A DNA stretch of 64,000 bases from Candidatus Multivoradales bacterium (GTDB lineage: Bacteria; Acidobacteriota; Thermoanaerobaculia; Multivoradales; J023), in contig CBDFLE010000005.1 of the NCBI GenBank assembly GCA_965248925.1, forward strand, positions 1,088,001 to 1,152,000. Direction: 5' to 3'. The stretch's first letter is position 1. Each line of letters begins with the position of its first letter. Under the pieces are notes generated by a model. That model searched no databases. It was not told the origin of the DNA and worked only from the letters and a program-made list of their open reading frames with translations. Shown here one piece after another: positions 51,257 to 59,826 of the stretch. Position numbers and translations under genes: made by a program.

Positions 51257-52060
51257 ATGAATCCTGTACCCGAGATCGCCCCGCTGCTCAAGCGACTCCG
51301 TCTGTCGGGAATCCTCGAGAGCCTCGAGGAGCGCAATCGTCAGGCGATCACCAAGAAGCTCCCGTACACCGACTTCCTCACCCTGCTCATCCAAGACGAA
51401 GTAGCGCGGCGCGACCAGAAGAAATTCGACCTGCGCCTGAGGCGTGCGGGTTTCCAGTCGAACAAGACGATCGAGAGCTTCGACTTCGACTTCAATCCGA
51501 GCGTCCACCGCGAGCTGCTCCAAGAGCTTGCGGCCTGCCGTTTCCTCGACGAGCACGTCTGCGTGCTGATCGCCGGACCGTGCGGGACCGGCAAGAGCCA
51601 CATCGCCCAGGCGCTGGGTCACTGCGCCGTACGCGCTGGCCACGACGTGCTCTTCACCACCACGAGCAAGCTCCTCGGCTCGCTCAACGCGGCGCGCGCC
51701 ACGGGCACCTTCGAGCGTCGCTTCCAGGCCGTCGCTCGCGTCGACCTGCTGATCCTCGACGACTTCGGCCTCAAGCCCTTACGGGCACCGCAGGACGAGG
51801 ATCTCCACGATCTGGTCGCAGAGCGTTACGAGCGCACCTCGACCGTCGTCACCAGCAACCTCGATTTCACCGAGTGGGGCGACGCCTTCACTAACCGCCT
51901 GCTAGGCGCCGCCACACTCGACCGTCTGCGAGACGCCGCATACCGCGTCGTTCTCGACGGCGAGAGCTACCGAAAACCCAGGCCCATGCCGAAAGCCAGA
52001 AAGGTCGCCGAGGCCGCAAGCAAGGACCAGAAGACGAAGAAGGGAGGCCACACGGCTTGA
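51257..52060 (+). CDS. istB: IS21 helper AAA+ ATPase
   Basis: GPCGTGKSH, LLILDDFG, VTSNL, LDRL. Confidence 0.95.
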   Translation: MNPVPEIAPLLKRLRLSGILESLEERNRQAITKKLPYTDFLTLLIQDEVARRDQKKFDLRLRRAGFQSNKTIESFDFDFNPSVHRELLQELAACRFLDEHVCVLIAGPCGTGKSHIAQALGHCAVRAGHDVLFTTTSKLLGSLNAARATGTFERRFQAVARVDLLILDDFGLKPLRAPQDEDLHDLVAERYERTSTVVTSNLDFTEWGDAFTNRLLGAATLDRLRDAAYRVVLDGESYRKPRPMPKARKVAEAASKDQKTKKGGHTA

Positions 52061-52346
52061 GCATCCGCGAGCCGGACCGGATGGGCTATGGAAGCTGCCA
52101 CTCCTACGGAAATCGCTACGCGATTACCGCATCCGTTTGGAAAACGCTGCGCGTTTCCCACAGCTCCCACAGCCCCGACGACGGTTTGGTTGCGATGGAT
52201 CAGGATAAGGAAGAAGAGGAAAGGCAGAGCTTGCCAACTGCCTCCTCACACGATAGACACAAACCGCCTGAGATCCTCGAACGAGCACTTCTGGGTGGCT
52301 CCATTACGCCGATCATGGGTGGCTCCATTAGGGCGGTCAGTGACAG

Positions 52347-52655
52347 CTATAGGCCAGCGAACTCTTCAAGCCAAAAGGCGGAGCCCAGCTTGGCGTTAGT
52401 CGCGTCAAGAAGGCCCACTTCGGGGTGGGTGACAGAGCCAAGATTCTCGCGCTCGGGCTCTCCATTGGCCAGCATCGGGCAAGAGATCAACGTTCCGTCT
52501 GGTGCGATGGCGACAAAACAGCCGTGGTCTTTCAGCGGTTGGAGCTGCACGCAGTTATTGCACGGGTCCAAGCCGGGACGACTTGCTGGCGGATAGTAGC
52601 TCTTGGAATAGCTGTGGTGGCAGGACGGGCATTCAAAGCCTTTGTCGTTGCTCAT
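52347..52655 (-). CDS. Small Cys-rich hypothetical protein
   Basis: GGAG RBS; CPSC and CNNC motifs; directly downstream of the integrase. Confidence 0.6.
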   Translation of the reverse strand: MSNDKGFECPSCHHSYSKSYYPPASRPGLDPCNNCVQLQPLKDHGCFVAIAPDGTLISCPMLANGEPERENLGSVTHPEVGLLDATNAKLGSAFWLEEFAGL

Positions 52656-52742
52656 TTTGGATAGCTCCTAGTAGGGTGAGATTTTAATTCTTGGCTTGGG
52701 ATCTGGCAAAGGACGCTCGCATGAGCGGGCGTCCGGCATCTT

Positions 52743-53801
52743 CTAGGCTGCAAGGAAGTTCGCAGTCATGCGAGCGACTACGCTGGCGGTATGGCCGTCT
52801 GTCAGGTGGGCGTAGCGCTTGACCATGGCCAGCGTCTTGTGGCCCATAGCCTCGGCGAGTTCGGCCAACGTCGCGCCGCTCATCGCGAGGTAGCTGGCAA
52901 ATGTGTGGCGAAGATCATGGAACCGGAAATTTTTGAGGCCAGCTGCCTCACAAGTCCGCTGCCATTCGCCCTGGGGGAAGGACGTTGAGCCGGTACGGCT
53001 GGGAAAGACGAGATCGGTTCCGAGGCGTCGGGCGGTCTTCCACTGTGACAGTACCTCTTCGGCTAGCCCGCTGATGGTCAGTGAGCGGCGCTCGCCGTTC
53101 TTGGTGTGGTGGATGAGTGCCACTCCGCGATTAAAATCCACATCCCTCCATTTGAGGTTCAACAGCTCGCCGCGCCGTGCTCCGGTGCAAAGGGCCATCG
53201 CCACCAGCGGATAGAGACGGGGCTCGGTGCTGTCCTTACAGGCGGCAAGTAGCCGGCGCTTTTCGTCTTCGTCGAGGAAGCGAGCACGGCCACGTCCTTG
53301 AGCGGGTTTGACGACTCTCAGACAGGGGTTGTCGTCCATCCAGAACCATTCCTTGACACCAGCGCTGAACGCTCCGCTCAAGATGGTGAGGTAGCGATGC
53401 ACGGTACCCGCCGCTAGTTGCTTGCCAGAGATCCCCTTGCCGCTGGTCAGGCCGTCTCTTGCCTCGGCGATGATGGCGGGGGTGACCTGGCTGAGCCGTG
53501 TATTTTCTCCCAGCGCCTGGCACCACCACCGAAGATTACGGGCGGTGTCCTTGGCTCGTGCCAGCCGGGGGACTTTCACTTCGATGTAGCGATCGATAAG
53601 ATCGCCCACGGTGTGCTGTTCGGCTTCGGCTTCCGGCTGATAGCGGCGTTGCCGTATCGCCTCAGTCGTACTATCGCCCCATCGTTGGGCTTCGCGCCGC
53701 GTGGAAAAAGTCTCTGAAGCCCGAGGATGCCCCTTCAAGAAAATCTGTGCCCGATACCGGATCTTGCCCTTCGCCGTCGTACGCTTTTCGATGTGTGCCA
53801 T
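52743..53801 (-). CDS. Phage/ICE-type tyrosine integrase
   Basis: Arm-binding N-terminus, TGARRGEL, TKNG, FHDLRHT, MGH, RYAH. Confidence 0.95.
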   Translation of the reverse strand: MAHIEKRTTAKGKIRYRAQIFLKGHPRASETFSTRREAQRWGDSTTEAIRQRRYQPEAEAEQHTVGDLIDRYIEVKVPRLARAKDTARNLRWWCQALGENTRLSQVTPAIIAEARDGLTSGKGISGKQLAAGTVHRYLTILSGAFSAGVKEWFWMDDNPCLRVVKPAQGRGRARFLDEDEKRRLLAACKDSTEPRLYPLVAMALCTGARRGELLNLKWRDVDFNRGVALIHHTKNGERRSLTISGLAEEVLSQWKTARRLGTDLVFPSRTGSTSFPQGEWQRTCEAAGLKNFRFHDLRHTFASYLAMSGATLAELAEAMGHKTLAMVKRYAHLTDGHTASVVARMTANFLAA

Positions 53802-53934
53802 GAGTTCCTCCAAACAGGTCGTCCCCGTGGGACGGATTTCTGTGGGGTACTCAAGGGGAAGCACTGGCCAACAACGCCCCACTGCATACAAAACGTCGCG
53901 AGACGTAAGTTATTGCATTTGCAGTGGTTAAGCA

Positions 53935-53943
53935 TGGTGGAGC
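53935..53943 (-). other. Possible att core resembling a tRNA 3' end (GCTCCACCA)
   Basis: Upstream of the integrase, next to TAAGTTATTG..CAGTGGTTA; only 9 bp and no partner site found. Confidence 0.35.
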
Positions 53944-53993
53944 GTTGTCGAGTATTGGGTTATCTCACTTTGAAAAGGAGAGAATCACCGGGT

Positions 53994-54221
53994 CTCAGAG
54001 CCCAAAAATCCCGTCGATTTCTTCCAAGCGCACACTCTGTAAGTGCTGGACCAGTCAGTGTTTAATCCCGTCGTACCCATGATGAGAGTAGCTTGCCACT
54101 TCGCGTCTTCTGGGTGTCAAGGGGCACTGGCGGCGCAGCACTCTGCCCTGTTGCCCCATGGTTCTCAACGGCGGGCCACACGAAACCGGTTGATGCAGAA
54201 GTCTGCCAGCTTCCGGCGCAT
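53994..54221. repeat. Dispersed non-coding module, copy C
   Basis: Collinear with copies A and B. Confidence 0.85.
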
Positions 54222-54271
54222 GTCGGCAGCGTGGACCGTATGTCCAGGTTTGTTAGGATGTCCAACATGGG

Positions 54272-55549
54272 ATGTCCAGCTTGATCGACCTTGGAGATGA
54301 GAAGCTCGCGACGACGCTGGTCATGATGCCTACGCGGCTCATGACCTGGATCGCCGTCGGGTTGAGTTCTGTTCTACTCTGTGCCGCCGACGGCGGAACC
54401 TGGCCCGGTCTGCAGACGGATCGCTTCGAGCTGGTCGAGAGCGAAGGCGAATTCTACTTGAAGGAAGCTCGCGAGCTGCCGATTCCGATTCCCCGAGAGT
54501 GGTTGATTCCCGAGGCGGAGTTGGCCCAGGCGGAGCATCGCTTTGTGGCGGGATTCGACTACGCGGAGCAAGTGAGCTCTTTCCCCATGGGCGACGGCCT
54601 CCTCGGCCTGCACTTGTCTTCCTACGAGATCCAGAGGTCGGGTTCGGCCATGGCCACGGACGGACGGGATGTCTTCTTGATCTTCGATCCCGCCAGCCGG
54701 GAAACCCGATTCGGGCTCGCCCTGCCCAGTTCCAAGTGGCGGGTGCGCGTCGGCGGCTGCTTTGCCGCTTATCACACCCGGCTCCTGGTCGGCGACGTCG
54801 ACTGTGACCGTCGCCTGGACCTGGCGACTCTGGTGACGCGCCGCGACTGTGATCCTAGTCCGGGGGAGAGCGGCGTCTACAGCGGGTACCTCCGGAGCGG
54901 GCCTTTGCACTGGTACCTGCAGACCGAGACAGCCTGGAGCCACGACTCGAGCTACGACGAGCGTCTGCCGTGCGCCGGCCACAGAGACCTGCCCCTCATC
55001 GGCTTGGTGAAACATCCAGTGCAATATGTCCTGGAGCGAATCCAGAGCGAGGCGCCTCTCCTCAATCGATCGGTTTTCATCCCCGCCGCCGGCCTCGCGA
55101 TGTCGATTCCCGCCGAGTGGCGCCTCGACCTGGAGCCGAAGGTGTCGGAGATGCGAGCCTACGGGCGGGCGGCACGTTTGCGAGTCCGGCTCACCCGAAA
55201 TGAGGAGGGAGTCGACCTGAGGACTTGGTTGGACGGCTACCTCGCCAACGAGAGATTCATGGCAGCGACGGTCAAGGACAATCTCCACCGGTTCGAGATC
55301 GAAACCGAGCCCTTCCCCTCATCGACCCGTATCGCGGGGTATCGGAGCCTCTTCGGCTGGGCGGCATCGGACCCTTCCCGGATCACCTACTTCCTCGCCA
55401 ACCTCGATGGCGACTTCGTCCAGATCCATCTCGAGCTGTCTCAGGACAAAACCGCCGATGTCTGGAGAGACCATGATCGCCGCATTCTCGGCAGTCTCGA
55501 GCTCAGGCCGGCAAGCCAGCAACATGCGGCTTCCGAGGCGCCTCCGTAG
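54272..55549 (+). CDS. Hypothetical secreted protein
   Basis: Long ORF, signal-like MTWIAVGLSSVLLCA, one VGDVDCD (VCBS-like) motif; start uncertain. Confidence 0.65.
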   Translation: MSSLIDLGDEKLATTLVMMPTRLMTWIAVGLSSVLLCAADGGTWPGLQTDRFELVESEGEFYLKEARELPIPIPREWLIPEAELAQAEHRFVAGFDYAEQVSSFPMGDGLLGLHLSSYEIQRSGSAMATDGRDVFLIFDPASRETRFGLALPSSKWRVRVGGCFAAYHTRLLVGDVDCDRRLDLATLVTRRDCDPSPGESGVYSGYLRSGPLHWYLQTETAWSHDSSYDERLPCAGHRDLPLIGLVKHPVQYVLERIQSEAPLLNRSVFIPAAGLAMSIPAEWRLDLEPKVSEMRAYGRAARLRVRLTRNEEGVDLRTWLDGYLANERFMAATVKDNLHRFEIETEPFPSSTRIAGYRSLFGWAASDPSRITYFLANLDGDFVQIHLELSQDKTADVWRDHDRRILGSLELRPASQQHAASEAPP

Positions 55550-55656
55550 GTGACGCCGTTCCCTACACTCCGGGCGAGGCTCACTCACGACCGAACGAGC
55601 AGAGCAGTCTTGTCCTTCCTGCTCTCTAGAAGTACGCTCGAAGCCAGGAGACAGTC

Positions 55657-56749
55657 ATGAGACAGGGCAAGGTGTTCGCGATCGTCGTGCTGGCCACCGC
55701 TTTGCCGGCGGCCGGTCAGTCGCGCCTTGATGCTAGAACCGGCTATCCGGGGGCGGCGGACGATAGCGCAGCCGTGCAGCGATTCACCACCGAGCCGACC
55801 ACCCAAACCATCGTCGGCGGACCCCGCCGGGGCTGGCCGCGGTCTCCTACGCTTCCGCCTTGGGTTCGGCGCTGATCAGCCACCCGGTCGATCGGAGCAG
55901 CCAAACCACGTCTACGCCGGCATCTTTCGCGCTCTGCCCTACGAGTCGGCCGCCATTGCCATCGACGGTGGTCGTGATCGCTACTGGGCTTCGCGCCTGG
56001 TGCGCTTTGTCGATCCTTTTGCCAGCGCTAAAGAACAGAGTTTCGTGCTCACAGCCGGCGCCCCGGCCGCCGAGTTGATGGTGGCGGAGTGACGGCCGTT
56101 GGCCAACCTACGGCTCAGTGTCGAGGTAGATCGAGTGGCGGCAACTTTGCATTTCTCGGACCGCGACCGAAACCAGAGCATCCTCCTCGAGACTGCCGAG
56201 GCCCCGGTGCTGTGGGATATCGAGCTCGCCCTCGCCTGGCGTCGCCACCCCTTCAGGTGGGATCACGCCACCGACTACGACATCCGTACTTTGCGCCTCT
56301 CCCTCACCACCCCGAACGGCAGCCCGGCGAAGGCTCGCTTGCACTACCTTGGCGATCCCCTACTGGCTGAAGAATCGGCCGCCTGCAAGGTGGTGGCGGC
56401 CAGCTTTCCTGAGAATCTACTCAACGGCGACCGCGCCGTGGTCAAGTTCCGCCCGCGCAACACCAGCCGCCGAGCCTGGGAGATCGAGGATCCCACTGCC
56501 CTGCAGCTGCGCTATGTCATCTTCAAAGATCAAACGCCGGAGAAGATCTTCAATCGTGAACTCATCGCCCTGCCCGAGCGAGTCATTCCCGGCCAGGAAG
56601 TCGACCTGCGCCTCGACATCCAATGCCCACAAACCCACGGCGTTTACCGCCTGGATTTCGACCTCGGGGCCGTCGGCCAGGAGTTTTTCAGCCACTGGCG
56701 GGGCAAACCGGTGCTCAGCAAGCTGATGCGGCTGCGCCGCCGCCGATGA
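55657..56749 (+). pseudogene. Disrupted secreted protein with C-terminal Ig-like (NBR1-type) domain
   Basis: Signal peptide in one frame, frameshift near 55800, in-frame TGA at 56090-56092, then RNTSRRAW...VIPGQEV...GVYRLDFDL. Confidence 0.6.
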
Positions 56750-56803
56750 CGGCGGTTAGAATCAATCCGTTCACAAATCTCAAACCCAACCGGGAGGATC
56801 ACT

Positions 56804-57478
56804 ATGGCCGCTATCAGCTTCCCCAACGAATCGGCGCAATACCGCCAAGCCCGCAACGCGCTGCTCGACAAAGAAATCGAAGTGCGCGAGCAGGTAGCGC
56901 AGCTGGGCGCCCTGCGACGCCGGCTGCCGTTGGGCGGCGAAGTGCCCCAGGATTACATCTTCGAAGAGCTGGCCGATGGCGAGGTGCGGCAAGTGCGCCT
57001 GTCGCAGCTCTTCCGGGCCGATCAGGAAGCGCTGTTTCTCTATGGATTCATGTACGGAGCGGAGATGCAGCAACCCTGCCCACTGTGCGCCTCTTTCATC
57101 GACGGCTTAGAAGGCAACGCACCGCAGCTCGGCGAACGTATGCAGATGGCCATCGCCGCCCGCTCGCCGATCCATCGGGTCGCCGAGTTCGCCACCCAAA
57201 GGGGGTGGAAGAGCCTCCGCGTCCTGTCCTCGGCCGACAGTGATTTCGCCCGCGACTATCGGGTCGAAACCGACGGCGGCGGCCAGATGCCGATGGCCAA
57301 CGTCTTCATCCGCCGTGACGGCGTCACCTACCACTTCTGGGGCAGCGAGATGCTCTACGCCGACCTCGAAGGCGATGCCCGCCACATCGACCTGATGTGG
57401 CCGCTGTGGAATCTCCTCGACACCCTGCCCGAGGGCCGTGGCGAGAGCTGGTATCCACCCTTGTGGCCAGCGGTCTGA
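56804..57478 (+). CDS. DUF899 thioredoxin-like protein
   Basis: LRRRLPLGG, PCPLCASF, DLMWPLWNLLDTLPEGRG. Confidence 0.9.
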   Translation: MAAISFPNESAQYRQARNALLDKEIEVREQVAQLGALRRRLPLGGEVPQDYIFEELADGEVRQVRLSQLFRADQEALFLYGFMYGAEMQQPCPLCASFIDGLEGNAPQLGERMQMAIAARSPIHRVAEFATQRGWKSLRVLSSADSDFARDYRVETDGGGQMPMANVFIRRDGVTYHFWGSEMLYADLEGDARHIDLMWPLWNLLDTLPEGRGESWYPPLWPAV

Positions 57479-57564
57479 GGAACCGAAAGCCGCTCAATCC
57501 CGCGGCGGGTAGACTCGCAGCCCACCGCCCACTCCACCGGTCAGAGAACCCCAGAGGGGACCCG

Positions 57565-59118
57565 ATGAACTCACGCAGGCTTGCTTTACCCGTTTTCGGC
57601 CTAGTTTCGTTCGCCGTCTTGCTGGTGCTGGGGCACGGTGGTGGTCTGCGAGCCACCGACCTACACTTTGGCCCCTGGTCGCTAGTGCCGCCGATCGCGG
57701 CGGTGCTACTGGCAGTTCTGACTCGCCAGGTGATCCCCTCGTTAGCCATCGGCATCGCCCTGGGTGGAGCCATCGCCGGCAAACCCAATCTGGTGCAGGA
57801 TTTCCTGATTCCGTCGATCGGCAACGCTGACTATGCCTTGATCTTACTGGTTTACCTCTGGTGCCTGGGAGGACTGATCGGCCTGTGGACGCGCACCGGC
57901 GGTGCTCGCCACTTCGCCGAGGGGGCCGCGGCTCGATTCGTTTTCGGACCGCGCTCGGCGAAGCTCTTCAGCTGGGTGCTAGGGATGATCTTTCACCAAG
58001 GTGGCACCATTAGCACGGTGCTCACCGGCACCACCGTGCGGCCAATCGCCGACCGCTACCGGGTGTCGCATGAAGAGCTGTCTTACATCGTCGATTCCAC
58101 CGCCTCACCGGCGGCCACCATCTTGCCATTCAACGTTTGGCCGTTGTATGTCGGTGGCCTGATTGTCGGCACGGTGCCGATGATCGACACCCTCGGCGAT
58201 GCGGTAGGCTTCTTTTTCCGCGCCGTACCGCTGAACTTCTACGGCTTGTTCGCCATCTTGCTGACTCTCTTATTCGCCCTCGATCTTATTCCCTTCATGC
58301 CCGGAGGGCGCTGGGGCCACCGGCCGTGGGTGGTTGGACGGCGAATGTCCGCGGCGATCGTGCGCTCCCGCGACAGCGGCCAGCTCGACCGCCCCGGCTC
58401 GCAGCCGATGGCAGCGACTGAACTCTCAGAACTCAAGGTGGCGCCGGGCTACCGGCCCGGCTTGATCGACTTCTTCGGCCCGATCGGGGTGCTGCTGGGG
58501 GTGGCGATCATCCCCTTCGTCTACAGCAGTTGGATCGTCGGCGCCGAACGCCCCTCCCTACCCATCGCCGAAGCTTTTGCCCTGGCGCTGCTGGCCGGTG
58601 TCGCCATCGCCCTGGTCAAGGGCATGTCGCTCGGCGACACCGTCGATGGGATCGTCGACGGCTGCAAGGGAGTGACCATCGGCGCGCTAATCCTGGCCCT
58701 GGCTGTAACTCTCAAGCGAGTTGCCGACCAACTCGGCACGGCTACCTACATTGTCGATGTGGCCCAGGGAGTCTTGGTGCCGATTCTTCTACCCGCCTTG
58801 CTGCTGCTGCTGGCGATGGTGGTCGCTTTTGCCACCGGCACCTCCTGGGGCACCTACGCGGTGGTCTATCCAGTGGCCATGCCGCTGGCCTGGGCGATCC
58901 ACCCTGACCCCTTCTTTCTCAGCTTATGCTTTGGCGCGGTGCTCGGCGGCAGCACCTTCGGCGATCAATGCTCACCCATTTCCGACACCACCATTCTGTC
59001 GTCGATCGCCACCGGCGCCGACTTGATGGACCACGTCTACACCCAACTGCCCCTGGCACTGACCGCCGCCAGCGCTGCAGCCGTGCTCTACACACTGTTA
59101 GCTGGGTGGGTGCTGTAG
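57565..59118 (+). CDS. Na+/H+ antiporter NhaC-family protein
   Basis: YIVDSTASP, FATGTSWGT, GDQCSPISDTTILSS. Confidence 0.9.
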   Translation: MNSRRLALPVFGLVSFAVLLVLGHGGGLRATDLHFGPWSLVPPIAAVLLAVLTRQVIPSLAIGIALGGAIAGKPNLVQDFLIPSIGNADYALILLVYLWCLGGLIGLWTRTGGARHFAEGAAARFVFGPRSAKLFSWVLGMIFHQGGTISTVLTGTTVRPIADRYRVSHEELSYIVDSTASPAATILPFNVWPLYVGGLIVGTVPMIDTLGDAVGFFFRAVPLNFYGLFAILLTLLFALDLIPFMPGGRWGHRPWVVGRRMSAAIVRSRDSGQLDRPGSQPMAATELSELKVAPGYRPGLIDFFGPIGVLLGVAIIPFVYSSWIVGAERPSLPIAEAFALALLAGVAIALVKGMSLGDTVDGIVDGCKGVTIGALILALAVTLKRVADQLGTATYIVDVAQGVLVPILLPALLLLLAMVVAFATGTSWGTYAVVYPVAMPLAWAIHPDPFFLSLCFGAVLGGSTFGDQCSPISDTTILSSIATGADLMDHVYTQLPLALTAASAAAVLYTLLAGWVL

Positions 59119-59137
59119 GGAATAAGCCAAGAGAAGA

Positions 59138-59512
59138 TCAGTTGACCGAGTCTTCGGTCGAGTCGCCATCGGCAGCGTCAGATTCAGAGTCTTTGACGAT
59201 CTCCAAGTGCCCCTTGCCCGCCAGTTTTGCGAGATCTAGATCGGCAACGCAGCGCACCTTGACATAGTCCAACGACAAGGCACCCACCAAGCGTACCTTA
59301 CCTTCGCCTTTTTCGAAATCGGCCGCGGAGAGGTCTGACAATTCGCGGTCCAGCTCGAAACCGAGTTCCGTCCCCCCACGAGTACCGGTGAACAAGATAT
59401 GCACGTAGTCGCGCTCGATGCACTCACCGAGTTCGGCCGTGCCGTCTTCTTGGATCGAGCGGAATACCACCGGGTGGTCTCCTTGGGACAGTTTCTCAAC
59501 CAGCTCACTCAT
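59138..59512 (-). CDS. Conserved small protein (domain recalled from MbtH-domain fusion proteins)
   Basis: LVEKLSQGDHPV, FTGTRGGTELG, YVKVRCVADLDL; GAGGAG RBS. Confidence 0.65.
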   Translation of the reverse strand: MSELVEKLSQGDHPVVFRSIQEDGTAELGECIERDYVHILFTGTRGGTELGFELDRELSDLSAADFEKGEGKVRLVGALSLDYVKVRCVADLDLAKLAGKGHLEIVKDSESDAADGDSTEDSVN

Positions 59513-59826
59513 TTCAGCTCCTCGCAGGATAAACCGCCAAGGCCTGATGACAGCCCTGGGGAATTATTACGGCCAAAGTATAGCCGGTGGGGCCCTCTGC
59601 ACCAGCTTGGTTGTCAGCCATCCTACTCAGCAAAGACAATTTAGCGCTAACAGAGAACTTCTTTCTCAGGCCATTGGGCGAATCATTGGCGATCTCGATG
59701 GCAGCTCTTAGCCACGGATCTGGTGTCAAGGAATGGAGACCACTCAGCAGCCCCGAGAATGGAGAAATGCAAAGCTGCCCGAGGAATAGGAACCGCTTGC
59801 CCACACACACGGCGCGCGGGCAAGGT

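Larger units (their letters stand above)
49560..52345 (+). mobile_element. IS21-family element
   Basis: TGTCAGTGACCGCCC ... GGGCGGTCAGTGACA ends, subterminal ATGGAGCC repeats, istA-istB; no TSD visible. Confidence 0.93.

Noticed and set aside
52743-53801. Integron integrase IntI for the attC cassette
   Set aside because: Has an arm-binding N-terminus and lacks the IntI-specific insertion before the HxxRH box; phage/ICE type
53900-54000. tRNA gene at the integrase
   Set aside because: Only a 9-nt CCA-end-like match; no cloverleaf
56090-56092. Selenocysteine TGA
   Set aside because: No redox motif context and the gene also has a frameshift; likely TGG-to-TGA decay
59513-59826. Riboswitch or ncRNA in the 314-bp intergenic gap
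   Set aside because: Only a terminator-like hairpin near 59796-59824; no recognisable aptamer motif
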